This document shows positions 10,584 through 20,498 of a stretch of 64,000 nucleotides of DNA, one piece after another. The translations under genes and the position numbers were made by a program. Under the pieces are notes generated by a model. It worked only from the letters and a program-made list of their open reading frames with translations, did not search any database and was not told the origin of the DNA. Each line of letters starts with the position of its first letter. Position 1 is the first letter of the stretch. Source of the stretch: Acidimicrobiia bacterium (lineage in GTDB: Bacteria; Actinomycetota; Acidimicrobiia; Spongiisociales; Spongiisociaceae); NCBI GenBank assembly GCA_041576165.1, contig JBFGLM010000004.1, positions 64,001-128,000 of the forward strand. The letters are read 5' to 3'.

Positions 10584-12191
10584 TTACCCATGATCACGGT
10601 GGCGAATCACCACACCCTCGGATCCGCCCACGGTCATGCGGCCGGCGACGGGCTGCGGCCCGGCTGGTCCGGTGCGAGCGATGACCGTCCCTTCGTCCAC
10701 CTCGACCTCGCGCGATTCGACCGCGAAGTTGAGGAGAACCGTGATCGGGGCCGCATCCGGCGCCGATCTCCGATATGCGAACACGCCCGACGGCGCCTGG
10801 AGCGGCGAGAAGTCGCCGAGGGTGAGGGATGGTTCCCGGCGACGCAAGTGCAGCAGGTGGCGGTACAGGTTGAGCAGCGAACTCGGATCGGCGCTGGCCG
10901 CGGCCACATTGTGTCGCCGGTCGGGATCGACAACCGGGAGCCACGGCTCAGCGGCCGAGAACCCGGCGTGCGTGCGGGTCGACCATTGCATCGGCGTGCG
11001 GCACCCATCGCGGCCCAGCCCGGGAACCCGTACTCCCCACGGGTCCCGCTGCTGATCGGTGGGAATGTGCGCCTCCAGCATCCCGAGTTCGTCCCCGTAG
11101 TAAATGGTCGGTGTGCCGCGCAGCGTCAGCAGCAACATGGCGGCAATCCGGCAGGCCTGGGCGCCGAACCGGTGAACCATACGCGGCTCGTCATGATTGC
11201 CGAGGACGTAGTTGGGCCAGGCACCTTCGGGCAGGCTCGCTTCGAGATCATCCACCAGCTGGCGGAACTCTGACGCCTCCCACGGGGCATACAGCATCGA
11301 GAAGTTGAAGAGCATGTGAAGTTCGTCGCACTGCGCTCCGTAATAAGAACTCCAGGTGGGCCAGTGATACTCGTGGATCTCCCCGATGAGGACTCGGTCG
11401 CCTTCGTAGCCGTCCGCCAGGTCACGGAGCCCCGCAAAAACCTCGTGGAGGTCGGGATGTCCCCGGGAGTGACGATGCTCCATCAGGTCGAGCTCGCCGC
11501 GTGATTTCGTCGGGACACCTGGCTTGCGAGTCCGCGGGGGATTGTCCCGAAGTTCTGGATCCTTCATCACATAGTGGGCTGCGTCGATGCGGAAGCCGTC
11601 GACGCCGCGATCGAGCCAGAATCGCAGCGTATCGTGCATCGCCTCGACCACGTCCTGGTTGCGCCAGTTGAGGTCGGGTTGCTCGGGTAGGAATGAGTGG
11701 AGGTAGTACTGGCCGGTCCGGTCGTCCCACTCCCAGGCCGGCCCACCGAAGTCGGCGAGCCAATTGTTGGGCGGCCCACCGTCCGGGCTGGCATCGCGCC
11801 ACGTGTACCAATCGCGCTTGGGATTGCCCCGAGAGGAACGCGACTCGAGGAACCAGGGGTGGGCTGACGACGTGTGGTTCGGCACCCAGTCGATGATCAC
11901 CTTCAAACCCAGCTCGTGCGCCCGGTCCCGCAGGCGATCAAAGGCGCTGAGGTCCCCAAAGAGCGGATCAACGTCTGTGTAGTCGGTGACGTCGTATCCG
12001 AAGTCCGCCATCGGCGAGGGGTAGAACGGCGAGAGCCACACCGCCGTTGCCCCCAGGTCGGCCACGTAGTCCAGACGGCTGGTGATCCCCGCCAGGTCGC
12101 CCACACCGTCTCCGTCCGAGTCCAGAAAACTGCGTGGGTAGATCTGGTAGATGACCGCGGTTCGCCACCACGGTGCCGGAGGACGCGCCAC
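10584..12191 (-). CDS. GH13 alpha-glucosidase
   Basis: YQIYPRSF, DWVPNHTS, GFRIDA, GNHD, RDGCRTPMQW. Confidence 0.92.
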   Translation of the reverse strand: MARPPAPWWRTAVIYQIYPRSFLDSDGDGVGDLAGITSRLDYVADLGATAVWLSPFYPSPMADFGYDVTDYTDVDPLFGDLSAFDRLRDRAHELGLKVIIDWVPNHTSSAHPWFLESRSSRGNPKRDWYTWRDASPDGGPPNNWLADFGGPAWEWDDRTGQYYLHSFLPEQPDLNWRNQDVVEAMHDTLRFWLDRGVDGFRIDAAHYVMKDPELRDNPPRTRKPGVPTKSRGELDLMEHRHSRGHPDLHEVFAGLRDLADGYEGDRVLIGEIHEYHWPTWSSYYGAQCDELHMLFNFSMLYAPWEASEFRQLVDDLEASLPEGAWPNYVLGNHDEPRMVHRFGAQACRIAAMLLLTLRGTPTIYYGDELGMLEAHIPTDQQRDPWGVRVPGLGRDGCRTPMQWSTRTHAGFSAAEPWLPVVDPDRRHNVAAASADPSSLLNLYRHLLHLRRREPSLTLGDFSPLQAPSGVFAYRRSAPDAAPITVLLNFAVESREVEVDEGTVIARTGPAGPQPVAGRMTVGGSEGVVIRHRDHG

Positions 12192-12194
12192 GAC

Positions 12195-14048
12195 TCAGGC
12201 GGCGTACATCGCTTCTATCTGGGACGCGTATTTCTCCAGCACGACCCGCCGCTTCAGCTTGAGGGACGGTGTCAGCTCACCCGACTCGGGTGTCCAATCG
12301 TCACCGACCACGATCCACTTCTTCGCTTGCTCCACCCGGGCTACCTGCGCATTCGCCTCTTCTACCACCCGATCGATCTCGGCCTTGACTTCCCCCGACG
12401 CAGCAAAGGTCGCCAGGTCCGTGAAAGTCATGCCGTTGCGCTCGGTCCACTGGGGCGCCATCTCGGCATCAAGCGCAATAATCAGCGTGAGGTAGTTGCG
12501 GCCGTCTCCGACGACACACGCCTGGGAAATCAGCGGGTGTTGCTTCACGAGATTCTCCAGCCCGGCCGGCGCAATGTTCTTGCCGGCGGCAGTGACGATG
12601 ATTTCTTTCTTGCGCCCGATGATGGTGACGTAGCCGTCCTCATCCATCTTGCCGAGGTCGCCGGTCATGAGCCAACCGTCCTCTGTGTAGCTCTCGGCGG
12701 TCGCCTCCGGGTTCTTGTAGTACCCGGCGGTGACCAGCCCACCCCGCATCATGATCTCGTCGTCCTCGGCGATGGCGACCTCTACGCCGGGCATCCCCCG
12801 TCCGACCGAGCCGATCTTGTTGGCGCCAGGGACGTTGGTGATCCCCGGTCCAGACGATTCCGTCATGCCGTAGAGCTCGTACACCGGCAATCCGAGCGCC
12901 TGGAAGAACATCAGCAATTCAGGTGCCACCGGGGCAGCGGCCGAGATGGCGATCGTGAGATCGTCCATGCCGAGACCGGAGCGAATCTTGCTGAATACGA
13001 GCCGGTCGAACAGTGCGTTCTTGATCTTTGCTCCCAGCCCGACTGAGCGGCCGGCGTGTTCGGCCTTCACGACATCGACCGCATTGTCGATGGCTCCGAG
13101 CGCCAGTTTGCGACGGCGCTCGTTGGGCTCGGCTTCGAGGCGCGCCATGAGGCCGGCCTGGAATTTCTCCCACACCCTGGGTACGGCGAAGAACACTTGC
13201 GGCCTGGCCTCCTGAACCGCCTCGGCCACCATCGAAAGGTCCGGCACGTAGTGGACCGAGCCGGCCGTCCACAGACCCATGTAGTGGGATGCCATGCGCT
13301 CACCAATATGAGCTAGCGGCAGGTAGGAGACGAACCGGGGGTGTTCGGGGAGATCCACCGAACGGGCGGTGCATTCCGTCGTCCACACGACGTTGCGGTG
13401 GCTGATCATGACGCCTTTGGGGGTTCCGGTCGTGCCCGAGGTGTAGATGAGCGTGGCAAGGTCGTCGGTTGTGACTGCCCCAGATGAGCGGTTGACGGAG
13501 TCCGGGTTGTCGGCCAGGTGCTGCTTTCCACGGGCCACGAAGTCGGCCCATGACAGGACCCAGTCCACTGTCTCGTAGTTCTCGGCACCCTCCATCAGCA
13601 CTACGTACTGCAGGGCGGGCAGGTCGGGCTTGGCGGCCTCCCAGCGCTTCATGTATTCGAGGTTCTCGAGGATGGCGACCTTGGCTTCGCAGTGGCCGGC
13701 GATGTAGGCGATCTGGGGCGTCGCCAGTGTGCTGTACAGCGTCACCGGCGTCGCTCCGGCAAATACCGTCCCGATGTCGGCTAGCACGTGCTCAGGGCGG
13801 TTTCCGGCCTGGATGCCGACGAAATCGCTCTGGCCCACTCCCAGGCTGAGCAGCCCAGCCGCAATATCGGAAACCGTGTCGCGGTATTCCGTCCAGTTCA
13901 TGCTCTGCCGGCTCCCGCCTTCTTTCCAGTAGACCGCCGCCTGCGCAGCAAAACGGTCGGCGTTGCGATTGAGCACGTCGACGAGGGTCATACCCTCAAC
14001 TGCGGCGTCGATCGCCTTGCGCTCTTCCAGCACTTGTTCGGTGCGCAT
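12195..14048 (-). CDS. Long-chain fatty acid--CoA ligase
   Basis: YTSGTTGTPKG, YGMTE, TGDLG, ELTPSLKLKR. Confidence 0.93.
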   Translation of the reverse strand: MRTEQVLEERKAIDAAVEGMTLVDVLNRNADRFAAQAAVYWKEGGSRQSMNWTEYRDTVSDIAAGLLSLGVGQSDFVGIQAGNRPEHVLADIGTVFAGATPVTLYSTLATPQIAYIAGHCEAKVAILENLEYMKRWEAAKPDLPALQYVVLMEGAENYETVDWVLSWADFVARGKQHLADNPDSVNRSSGAVTTDDLATLIYTSGTTGTPKGVMISHRNVVWTTECTARSVDLPEHPRFVSYLPLAHIGERMASHYMGLWTAGSVHYVPDLSMVAEAVQEARPQVFFAVPRVWEKFQAGLMARLEAEPNERRRKLALGAIDNAVDVVKAEHAGRSVGLGAKIKNALFDRLVFSKIRSGLGMDDLTIAISAAAPVAPELLMFFQALGLPVYELYGMTESSGPGITNVPGANKIGSVGRGMPGVEVAIAEDDEIMMRGGLVTAGYYKNPEATAESYTEDGWLMTGDLGKMDEDGYVTIIGRKKEIIVTAAGKNIAPAGLENLVKQHPLISQACVVGDGRNYLTLIIALDAEMAPQWTERNGMTFTDLATFAASGEVKAEIDRVVEEANAQVARVEQAKKWIVVGDDWTPESGELTPSLKLKRRVVLEKYASQIEAMYAA

Positions 14049-14060
14049 GATTCTCCTCGT

Positions 14061-15200
14061 TCAGCCAATCGCGCCTGTTGCTCGCAGATTACTTATGTCC
14101 TCGTCTTTCCAGCCCAGCTCGGATAGAACCTGGGTCGTGTCCCGCCCCGGCCGGGGCGGTGGGCCCGGCGTGGCCGGCCGTGTACGGCTGAAACGGGGGG
14201 CGGGAGCCGGCTGCACGATGCCTTCCATTTCCATGAACGTCCCGTGCGCCACATTGTGGGGATGCCGGTGCGCCTCTGCCATCGACAGAACCGGGGCGAA
14301 ACACACATCGCTGCCCTCCAACAGCGCAACCCAATGATCGCGGGTCTCAGCGGCAAATGCTTCTTCCAACCGCTGTTTCAGCTGGGGCCAGGCCGCTTTG
14401 TCGTTCTGATCCGGCAGCTCGGACGGGTCCCACCCCAGCTTGGCGAGGAGCTCGGCGTAGAACTGGGGCTCGATCGAACCGATCGAGATGTATCGACCGT
14501 CCGCCGTTTCATACACGTCGTAGTAGTGCGCCCCAGTATCCAGGAAGTTCGACGCACGCGTGTCCGACCAGGCCCCCATGGCCCGCAGCGCATAGATCAT
14601 CGTGGTGAGAATGGCCGAGCCGTCGATCATGGCGGCGTCGATGACCTGGCCCTGCCCCGAGCGCTGTGCTTCGAAAAGTCCGCACACGATGCCGAAGGCC
14701 AGCAACATCCCTCCGCCCCCGAAATCCCCCAGGAGGTTCAGAGGCGGTACTGGCTTCTCCCCGGACCGCCCGATCGGGTAGAGCGCACCGGCCAGCGAGA
14801 TGTAGTTGATGTCGTGGCCGGCCGCTTCGGCCAGCGGTCCGTCCTGGCCCCATCCTGTCATCCGACCATAGACCAGGCGCGGGTTGTGCTCGAGGCACGT
14901 GTCGGGACCAAGCCCCAACCGCTCCATCACCCCCGGGCGAAAACCCTCGATCAGGCCATCGGCAGACTCCAGAAGCTGGAGTGCGATGGCCCGCCCTTCG
15001 GGGTGCTTGAGGTCGATGGCGATGGAGCGACGGCTGCGAGCCGCCACATCCTTCGACTGCCGAGCCGGGTTTGATGCGACCTGCGCGGCCCGGTCGACCC
15101 GGATGACGTCGGCCCCCATGTCGCCCAGCATCATGGCCGTGAATGGACCCGGCCCGATCCCGGCGAATTCGATGATGCGTGCGCCGCTCAGCGGACCCAA
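14061..15200 (-). CDS. CaiB/BaiF family protein (alpha-methylacyl-CoA racemase-like)
   Basis: AGIGPGP, EGFRPGVMERLG, GHDINY, NLLGDFGGGG. Confidence 0.92.
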   Translation of the reverse strand: MGPLSGARIIEFAGIGPGPFTAMMLGDMGADVIRVDRAAQVASNPARQSKDVAARSRRSIAIDLKHPEGRAIALQLLESADGLIEGFRPGVMERLGLGPDTCLEHNPRLVYGRMTGWGQDGPLAEAAGHDINYISLAGALYPIGRSGEKPVPPLNLLGDFGGGGMLLAFGIVCGLFEAQRSGQGQVIDAAMIDGSAILTTMIYALRAMGAWSDTRASNFLDTGAHYYDVYETADGRYISIGSIEPQFYAELLAKLGWDPSELPDQNDKAAWPQLKQRLEEAFAAETRDHWVALLEGSDVCFAPVLSMAEAHRHPHNVAHGTFMEMEGIVQPAPAPRFSRTRPATPGPPPRPGRDTTQVLSELGWKDEDISNLRATGAIG

Positions 15201-15271
15201 CAGATCGCTCCTCGCCAGAGTGGGCCGGACCGTACCAGGCCTCGCCTTCCTCCCCCGTCAGGGGGGTGCGG

Positions 15272-16147
15272 TCAGCGCTCGATCGGCATCCGCACGAGGT
15301 TGCCCCACTCGGTCCACGATCCGTCGTAGTTGCGCACGTTCTCGTAGCCCAGCAGGTGGATGAGTACGAACCAAGTGTGACTCGAGCGCTCCCCGATGCG
15401 ACAGTAGACCACCACCTCGTCGTCGGCGCTGAGCCCGACCTCCCCTTCGTATATCGCCCGCAGCTCGTCTACAGACTTGAATGTGCCGTCGTCATTCGCA
15501 GCCCGTTTCCACGGCACGTTGGCGGCGCCGGCGATATGTCCACCTCGCAAGGCTCCTTCTTGCGGGTAGTCGGGCATGTGGAGTTTCTCGCCGGAGAACT
15601 CTTCGGGCGACCGCACATCGATGAGCGGGAGACGGGCCGTCGAGTGTGCCAGGACCTCGTCCCGGAAGGCCCGGATCGGAGCGTCGTTGCGTGGTACGAC
15701 CGGGTAATCGCCGTTGCTGCGGCCCGGCGCGTCGGTCACGATGGGTCGGCCTTCAGCCAGCCACTTGGCGCGACCCCCGTTCAGCAACCGCAGATCGTCA
15801 TGGCCGAACAACGAGAACACCCAGAGCGCATATGCGGCCCACCAGTTGAAGTTGTCACCATAGAAGATGATGGTGTCGTCCCGGCCAATGCCCTTGGCTT
15901 GCATCAACGAGGCGAATGTCTCGGCATCGCGGTAATCGCGTATCAGCGGGTCGTTCAGTTCCGTATGCCAATCGACCTTGACCGCCCCGGGGATATGGCC
16001 GGTTTCATACAACAGGACGTCTTCGTCTGATTCGACCACGACCATCCCGGGCTCATCGAGGTGGTCGGCCAGCCAATCGGTGGTAACAAGCCGTTCGGGA
16101 TGGGCATACTGCTTGAGTTCGGGCGATGGGTCGAGTGGAACAGACAT
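15272..16147 (-). CDS. sseA: Thiosulfate sulfurtransferase (tandem rhodanese)
   Basis: [31 protein letters not shown]; GGAGG RBS before ATG 16147. Confidence 0.92.
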   Translation of the reverse strand: MSVPLDPSPELKQYAHPERLVTTDWLADHLDEPGMVVVESDEDVLLYETGHIPGAVKVDWHTELNDPLIRDYRDAETFASLMQAKGIGRDDTIIFYGDNFNWWAAYALWVFSLFGHDDLRLLNGGRAKWLAEGRPIVTDAPGRSNGDYPVVPRNDAPIRAFRDEVLAHSTARLPLIDVRSPEEFSGEKLHMPDYPQEGALRGGHIAGAANVPWKRAANDDGTFKSVDELRAIYEGEVGLSADDEVVVYCRIGERSSHTWFVLIHLLGYENVRNYDGSWTEWGNLVRMPIER

Positions 16148-16328
16148 ATGGCCTCCCATGTGTGGCTAGCGGCGCTTGCGCCGGCGGTCAGACGGTTCAC
16201 TTTCGGTCTCCTTTGGGGCCCGGTCGTTGATCGCGTCCTGCGCCGTGCCCAGGGTCCTGGGGCGGGGCGCCCGTCCGGTGCCGGGCTATTTACACTACAA
16301 CCATAGGTTTTAGAGAAGGACGTCGTGA

Positions 16329-16751
16329 ATGTCAATGCCGAACCGCCTCAGTCACATCGTCGAACTCTTCGCAGGCGCCCCGCCGGAGCTGCGGTTGCAG
16401 GCGTTGTTCGACTACTCCAAGCGGGTGCCGCCTGTCCCCGATGACCTTGACACCTCCGAGATGGAAACGGTGCCGGAATGCCAAACGCCCTTCGCGCTGT
16501 GGACTCGGCTGGACGACGAAGGGCTGGTTCGACTGGTCTTCGCCGTCCCCGAAGAGGCCCCGACAGTTCGAGGCTACGCCGGCATCCTCTATGAAGGTCT
16601 CGACGGCGAGACTCCCACCGCCATTCTCGAAGTTCCGCCGGACTTCTACACGCAACTCGGGTTGCGGGATGTCGTTTCGCCCCTGCGTTTGCGCGGGATG
16701 GGTGCGATCGTTACCCGTCTCCGCCATCAGGTGGAGCAACTGGCCGCCTGA
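16329..16751 (+). CDS. sufE: SufE family sulfur acceptor
   Basis: VPECQTP, EAPTVRGYA, SPLRLRG; divergent from sseA. Confidence 0.88.
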   Translation: MSMPNRLSHIVELFAGAPPELRLQALFDYSKRVPPVPDDLDTSEMETVPECQTPFALWTRLDDEGLVRLVFAVPEEAPTVRGYAGILYEGLDGETPTAILEVPPDFYTQLGLRDVVSPLRLRGMGAIVTRLRHQVEQLAA

Positions 16752-16809
16752 AGCGCGGGGATCTGGGCAATACCCAGAACGGCACGGCGGCTGTGGTGAG
16801 ATCAGTGAG

Positions 16810-17679
16810 ATGACGACGATCGGAATGTTCGACTCGGGAGTTGGCGGGCTGAGCGTGCTCGCCCATCTCGTCGACCTGACTCCCGGGGCCACGCACATCT
16901 ACCTCGCCGATCAGGCGTTTGCGCCGTACGGCGAGCGGTCGCTGCCGGAGGTGCGGGAACGGGCGCTGGCGGCGGCCGCTGCGTTGCTGGCAGCAGGCGC
17001 GGAGGAAATCGTGGTGGCCTGCAACACCGCATCCGCGGCAGCCCTCGAGGCGATCAGGGTGGCGTATCCCGACGTGCCCGTGGTCGGAATGGAACCAGCC
17101 GTCAAGCCCGCGGTCGCATTGTCGCGAACCGGCACTGTTGCGGTGCTCGCCACTGAGGCCACGTTCCAGGGCGAGCTCTACGCATCCTTGGTTGCCAACT
17201 ACGGAACCGATGCCACCATCATCCAGCTGGTCGGCACGGGTCTGGCCGCCACGGTGGAAGCCGGACGGCTCGCCGGCCCGCAGGTGAGGCGTCTGCTGCG
17301 GCCGCACATCGAGCGCGCCCGTGCCGCCGGTGCCGACGTGCTGGTTCTCGGCTGCACGCACTACCCGTTCATCCGCGACGTCATCGGGGTGCTGGCCGGT
17401 CCCGGCATGGCTGTCGTTGATCCCGCACCGGCGGTGGCCCGCCAAGCGGCGGCCCGGGCACCGGGAGGACCGGCCTTCGAACCCACCAAACCCACCCACG
17501 AAGCCGGAACAGTCACCAATCCGCCCCGCCCTCCGGCCGCACCGAGCGGCGAGAACTCAGCGATCCGTTTTCTGACTACAGGTGATCCTCATCGTTTCGC
17601 TCATCAGATCGCGGCACTCGTTGGCCTCGCGGCCGAGGTGGAGCAGCTGTACATCACCGACCCTGCTGTTCGAGAATGA
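16810..17679 (+). CDS. murI: Glutamate racemase
   Basis: FDSGVGGLSV, PYG, ACNTAS, LGCTHYP. Confidence 0.94.
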   Translation: MTTIGMFDSGVGGLSVLAHLVDLTPGATHIYLADQAFAPYGERSLPEVRERALAAAAALLAAGAEEIVVACNTASAAALEAIRVAYPDVPVVGMEPAVKPAVALSRTGTVAVLATEATFQGELYASLVANYGTDATIIQLVGTGLAATVEAGRLAGPQVRRLLRPHIERARAAGADVLVLGCTHYPFIRDVIGVLAGPGMAVVDPAPAVARQAAARAPGGPAFEPTKPTHEAGTVTNPPRPPAAPSGENSAIRFLTTGDPHRFAHQIAALVGLAAEVEQLYITDPAVRE

Positions 17680-17962
17680 AGTCGACCACTCGCTGTATCT
17701 GGTCCTCGCTCAGCGTCGTGCCGAACGACGGCATGCGACCCTGCCCGCGCGTCACCGCCTGGATGAAGTAGGACTCCGGCTGGTCGACGGAAGCGGCGTC
17801 ACTACCGCCGAGCTGGGGACCGATGCCGCCTTCGAGCGAACCGCCGTGGCAGCGGGCGCATACCGCGGCGTATATCGCATCACCCGGCGCGTCTGCCGCC
17901 ACCGGCTCGCCACACGCGCCGGCCAACAGGGCCATGGCCAGACAAATGATCAGGTTGCGCAC
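17654..17962 (-). CDS. Monoheme cytochrome c lipoprotein
   Basis: Lipobox LAGAC, heme motif CARCH, distal Met in GRMP. Confidence 0.85.
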   Translation of the reverse strand: MRNLIICLAMALLAGACGEPVAADAPGDAIYAAVCARCHGGSLEGGIGPQLGGSDAASVDQPESYFIQAVTRGQGRMPSFGTTLSEDQIQRVVDFILEQQGR

Positions 17963-18021
17963 CGGGCGAGGTTAGGGACACCGCATTCATGCGGGCGCGG
18001 CCAGGCTCCTGTCGCGCCAGC

Positions 18022-18489
18022 TCACGAAGAATGAGTGGCCCCGAATGCGTCCGGCCCGACGGGTTGGTGCGCCACCACGGGAGCCAGCACGATGTTCGTC
18101 ACGGTATCGGCCACGGCCCAGATCCGTTGCAGGACTTCGTCCAGATGTCGGAGTGAGTCCGCCGAGAGCTTCAACCACATGTGCTCCGAGCCGGTCACCC
18201 GATGGGCCTCGCGCACCTGGGGCAGGCTGCTCACCATCTGCTCCAGAGCATCGGGAGCCAAATCACGCTTCGGCGTTGCTCGCACCATCGCCACGATCGG
18301 AAGCCCAACGGCCTCGAGAGACACATCGGCCCGGTACCCGGCGATGATGCCGTCGGTCTGCATCCGCCGCATCCGTTCGGCCACCGCCGGCGCGGTAAGT
18401 CCGACGAGACCGCCCAGCTCGCGGTAGCTGGCCCGTCCGTTGCGTTGCAGCTCGGTGAGGAGCATCCAGCCGATGTCGTCGAGTTTCAT
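18022..18489 (-). CDS. Lrp/AsnC family transcriptional regulator
   Basis: LDDIG...LQRNGRASYRELG...GIIAGY HTH; HRVTG in the effector domain. Confidence 0.93.
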   Translation of the reverse strand: MKLDDIGWMLLTELQRNGRASYRELGGLVGLTAPAVAERMRRMQTDGIIAGYRADVSLEAVGLPIVAMVRATPKRDLAPDALEQMVSSLPQVREAHRVTGSEHMWLKLSADSLRHLDEVLQRIWAVADTVTNIVLAPVVAHQPVGPDAFGATHSS

Positions 18490-18540
18490 GCTGTCCTCTC
18501 AGAACTTTGGAACCGCAAGCCCGGCGCGGATCTGCATCGC

Positions 18541-18680
18541 CGTATTCATGATTTCAAAAGTCAAATACCGTGCTTGTTTATGTTAATCATGATTCAACAC
18601 CACTATAGATTTGTAATCAAGGTGAATGTGGGTATAGACGATATAAAGGTGATGATAGTGTGACGTAGAAAGGAGCAGAC
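18541..18680. promoter_or_regulatory. AT-rich divergent promoter region with candidate operator palindromes
   Basis: About 33% GC (40/120 counted over 18541-18660); AATCATGATT palindrome 18585-18594 and near copy ATTCATGATT 18544-18553; TTGTAA-N16-TATAGA at 18611-18638. Confidence 0.6.
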
Positions 18681-18860
18681 ATGCATTTGACGCCACAATT
18701 CGAACAGTCCTACCGGAACCTCGTACAGACCTGGATGCGCCATCAGTCGGTGCGCCACTCGAGCGATGTGCAGTCTCTTGCCGCTGCTCGATTTGACCTC
18801 GACCGGGCGCGCCGGGACATGGCTGCCGCCCGCCGGAGCCTCCACCAGCGCGCTGCCTGA
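18681..18860 (+). CDS. Unlisted 59-aa helical protein
   Basis: AGAAAGGAG RBS 6 nt before ATG; MHLTPQFEQSYRNLVQTWMRHQSVRHSSDVQSLAAARFDLDRARRDMAAARRSLHQRAA; followed directly by a hairpin. Confidence 0.75.
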   Translation: MHLTPQFEQSYRNLVQTWMRHQSVRHSSDVQSLAAARFDLDRARRDMAAARRSLHQRAA

Positions 18861-18864
18861 CAAA

Positions 18865-18903
18865 CCGGGGGTTGCGCCACCCGTCGTCGGGCGCGACCCC
18901 CGG
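18865..18903 (+). terminator. GC-rich hairpin, probable terminator of the 59-aa ORF
   Basis: CCGGGGGTTGCGCC pairs with GGCGCGACCCCCGG (14 bp, one G-U); no clear U tract. Confidence 0.6.
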
Positions 18904-18942
18904 GACCTTCCTGGGACCTGATCCGACGGTACGCTCCGCCCG

Positions 18943-20472
18943 GTGCGCGTGGCAGTCCTCGATCTAGGTTCCAACTCCTTCCGACTTCTGGTGGCCGACG
19001 TCGAGAAGGGCGGATCGATACGCCCGGTTCTGCGCGAGCGCGAACTCCCGCATCTCGGGGCGCAGCTTGCCCGATCACAGCTGGTCCCCGAGCCAGCCAT
19101 CACGGCGGCAGTTGGCGCGACCAAACGTCTGCATGACCTCGCTGTTCGAACGGGGGCCGACCGCACGATCGCAGTTGCAACCGCCGCCATCCGGGCCGCT
19201 GAGAACCGTGACGCAATCCTCGCCCGGCTCGGCGAGGCGGCCGGAACGACAGTCCGCCTACTCGAAGGTGAAGAGGAGGCACGTCTTGGATTCATCGGGG
19301 TGGCAGCCAGCGTCGCCGTCATGGAGGAGCCTCACGTCACTATGGATCTTGGCGGCGGCAGTCTGGAGTTCGCAGTCGGCTCCGGCCAGACCGTCGTATG
19401 GTCGGCCTCGGTGCCGGTCGGGGTAACCCGTCTTCATGCCGCTCACGTGGCGCACGACCCGATCAGGTCGGATGAGGTAGCGGCAATTGCCGATGAAGTC
19501 ATGACCACCATCGAAGGTTCGGTCGCCGAGATCGGGCGGCGTGACCCGAAAACCGCGGTCGCGATCGGCGGGCCGATCCGAGCGCTGACCCGCGTGATCG
19601 CGGCCCGCACACTCGGCTGGAGGCCGGGGATTCTGAATCAGTTCTACGTGACCGCGGACGAGATCCAGTCCACCATGGAGCAGATGATGGCACTCCAACG
19701 CAGCGAGCGGCTGGCCATTCCCGGCGTGAAGGAGTCCCGGGTGGATGAGATCACCACCACAGCGGTCATCTGGAACGCGATCTTTGAGCGCCTCGGGCTG
19801 GAGCGGGTGTGGGTCTCCTATTGGGGGTTACGCGAAGGCGCGATCATCGATGAGTACGGAGCACATGCCTTCCCGGCGGGCCTCGACCTGCGGGCCGAGT
19901 CGGTCGCCCGCATGGCCCAGCGCTTTGTGAAGGACATGGTCCATTCGGATCATGTCGCGCACCTCGCCGGGAGCCTGTTCGCCCAATCCCGCCGCCTCCA
20001 CGGACTGGCCGAGCGTGACCGCCGGCTGCTGCTGCATGCCGCCCGCCTCCACACGATCGGGATGAGCGTCGCCTTCAATGGTTATGCCCGTCACGGCGCC
20101 TATCTGGTCGAGCATTCCGAGCTGCGTGGGTTCTCACCCAACGAAATCGCCATCCTCGCGAGCCTGGTGCGCTTCCACCGCCGGGGGATCGCCGCCATGG
20201 AGTACGAGCCCTACCGGCACCTGACCAAAGCGTCCCGCACCCGGGTCGACGGCCTTGTAGCGTTACTGCACGCCGCCGACGTCCTCGACCGTTCGCTCGA
20301 CCAGTCGGTGCACGAGGTGGAGCTACGTCATGAGCCGGGCGTCATCCGTCTCCAGCTGATCGGCCCCGACCCCCACATCCGGAGCGACTGGGCAGCGAGC
20401 GCCCGGCGCGCCGTCAGCCATGCCTTCGAGACCGAGCTTGTCTTCGATCAGACCCAGCTCGTCGACGCTTGA
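18943..20472 (+). CDS. ppx: Ppx/GppA exopolyphosphatase with C-terminal HD-like domain
   Basis: DLGSNSFRL, ATAAIR, GEEEA, DLGGGSLE, GLREG. Confidence 0.92.
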   Translation: MRVAVLDLGSNSFRLLVADVEKGGSIRPVLRERELPHLGAQLARSQLVPEPAITAAVGATKRLHDLAVRTGADRTIAVATAAIRAAENRDAILARLGEAAGTTVRLLEGEEEARLGFIGVAASVAVMEEPHVTMDLGGGSLEFAVGSGQTVVWSASVPVGVTRLHAAHVAHDPIRSDEVAAIADEVMTTIEGSVAEIGRRDPKTAVAIGGPIRALTRVIAARTLGWRPGILNQFYVTADEIQSTMEQMMALQRSERLAIPGVKESRVDEITTTAVIWNAIFERLGLERVWVSYWGLREGAIIDEYGAHAFPAGLDLRAESVARMAQRFVKDMVHSDHVAHLAGSLFAQSRRLHGLAERDRRLLLHAARLHTIGMSVAFNGYARHGAYLVEHSELRGFSPNEIAILASLVRFHRRGIAAMEYEPYRHLTKASRTRVDGLVALLHAADVLDRSLDQSVHEVELRHEPGVIRLQLIGPDPHIRSDWAASARRAVSHAFETELVFDQTQLVDA

Positions 20473-20498
20473 ACCGACACGCTGCCGGGCCCGGGCGC

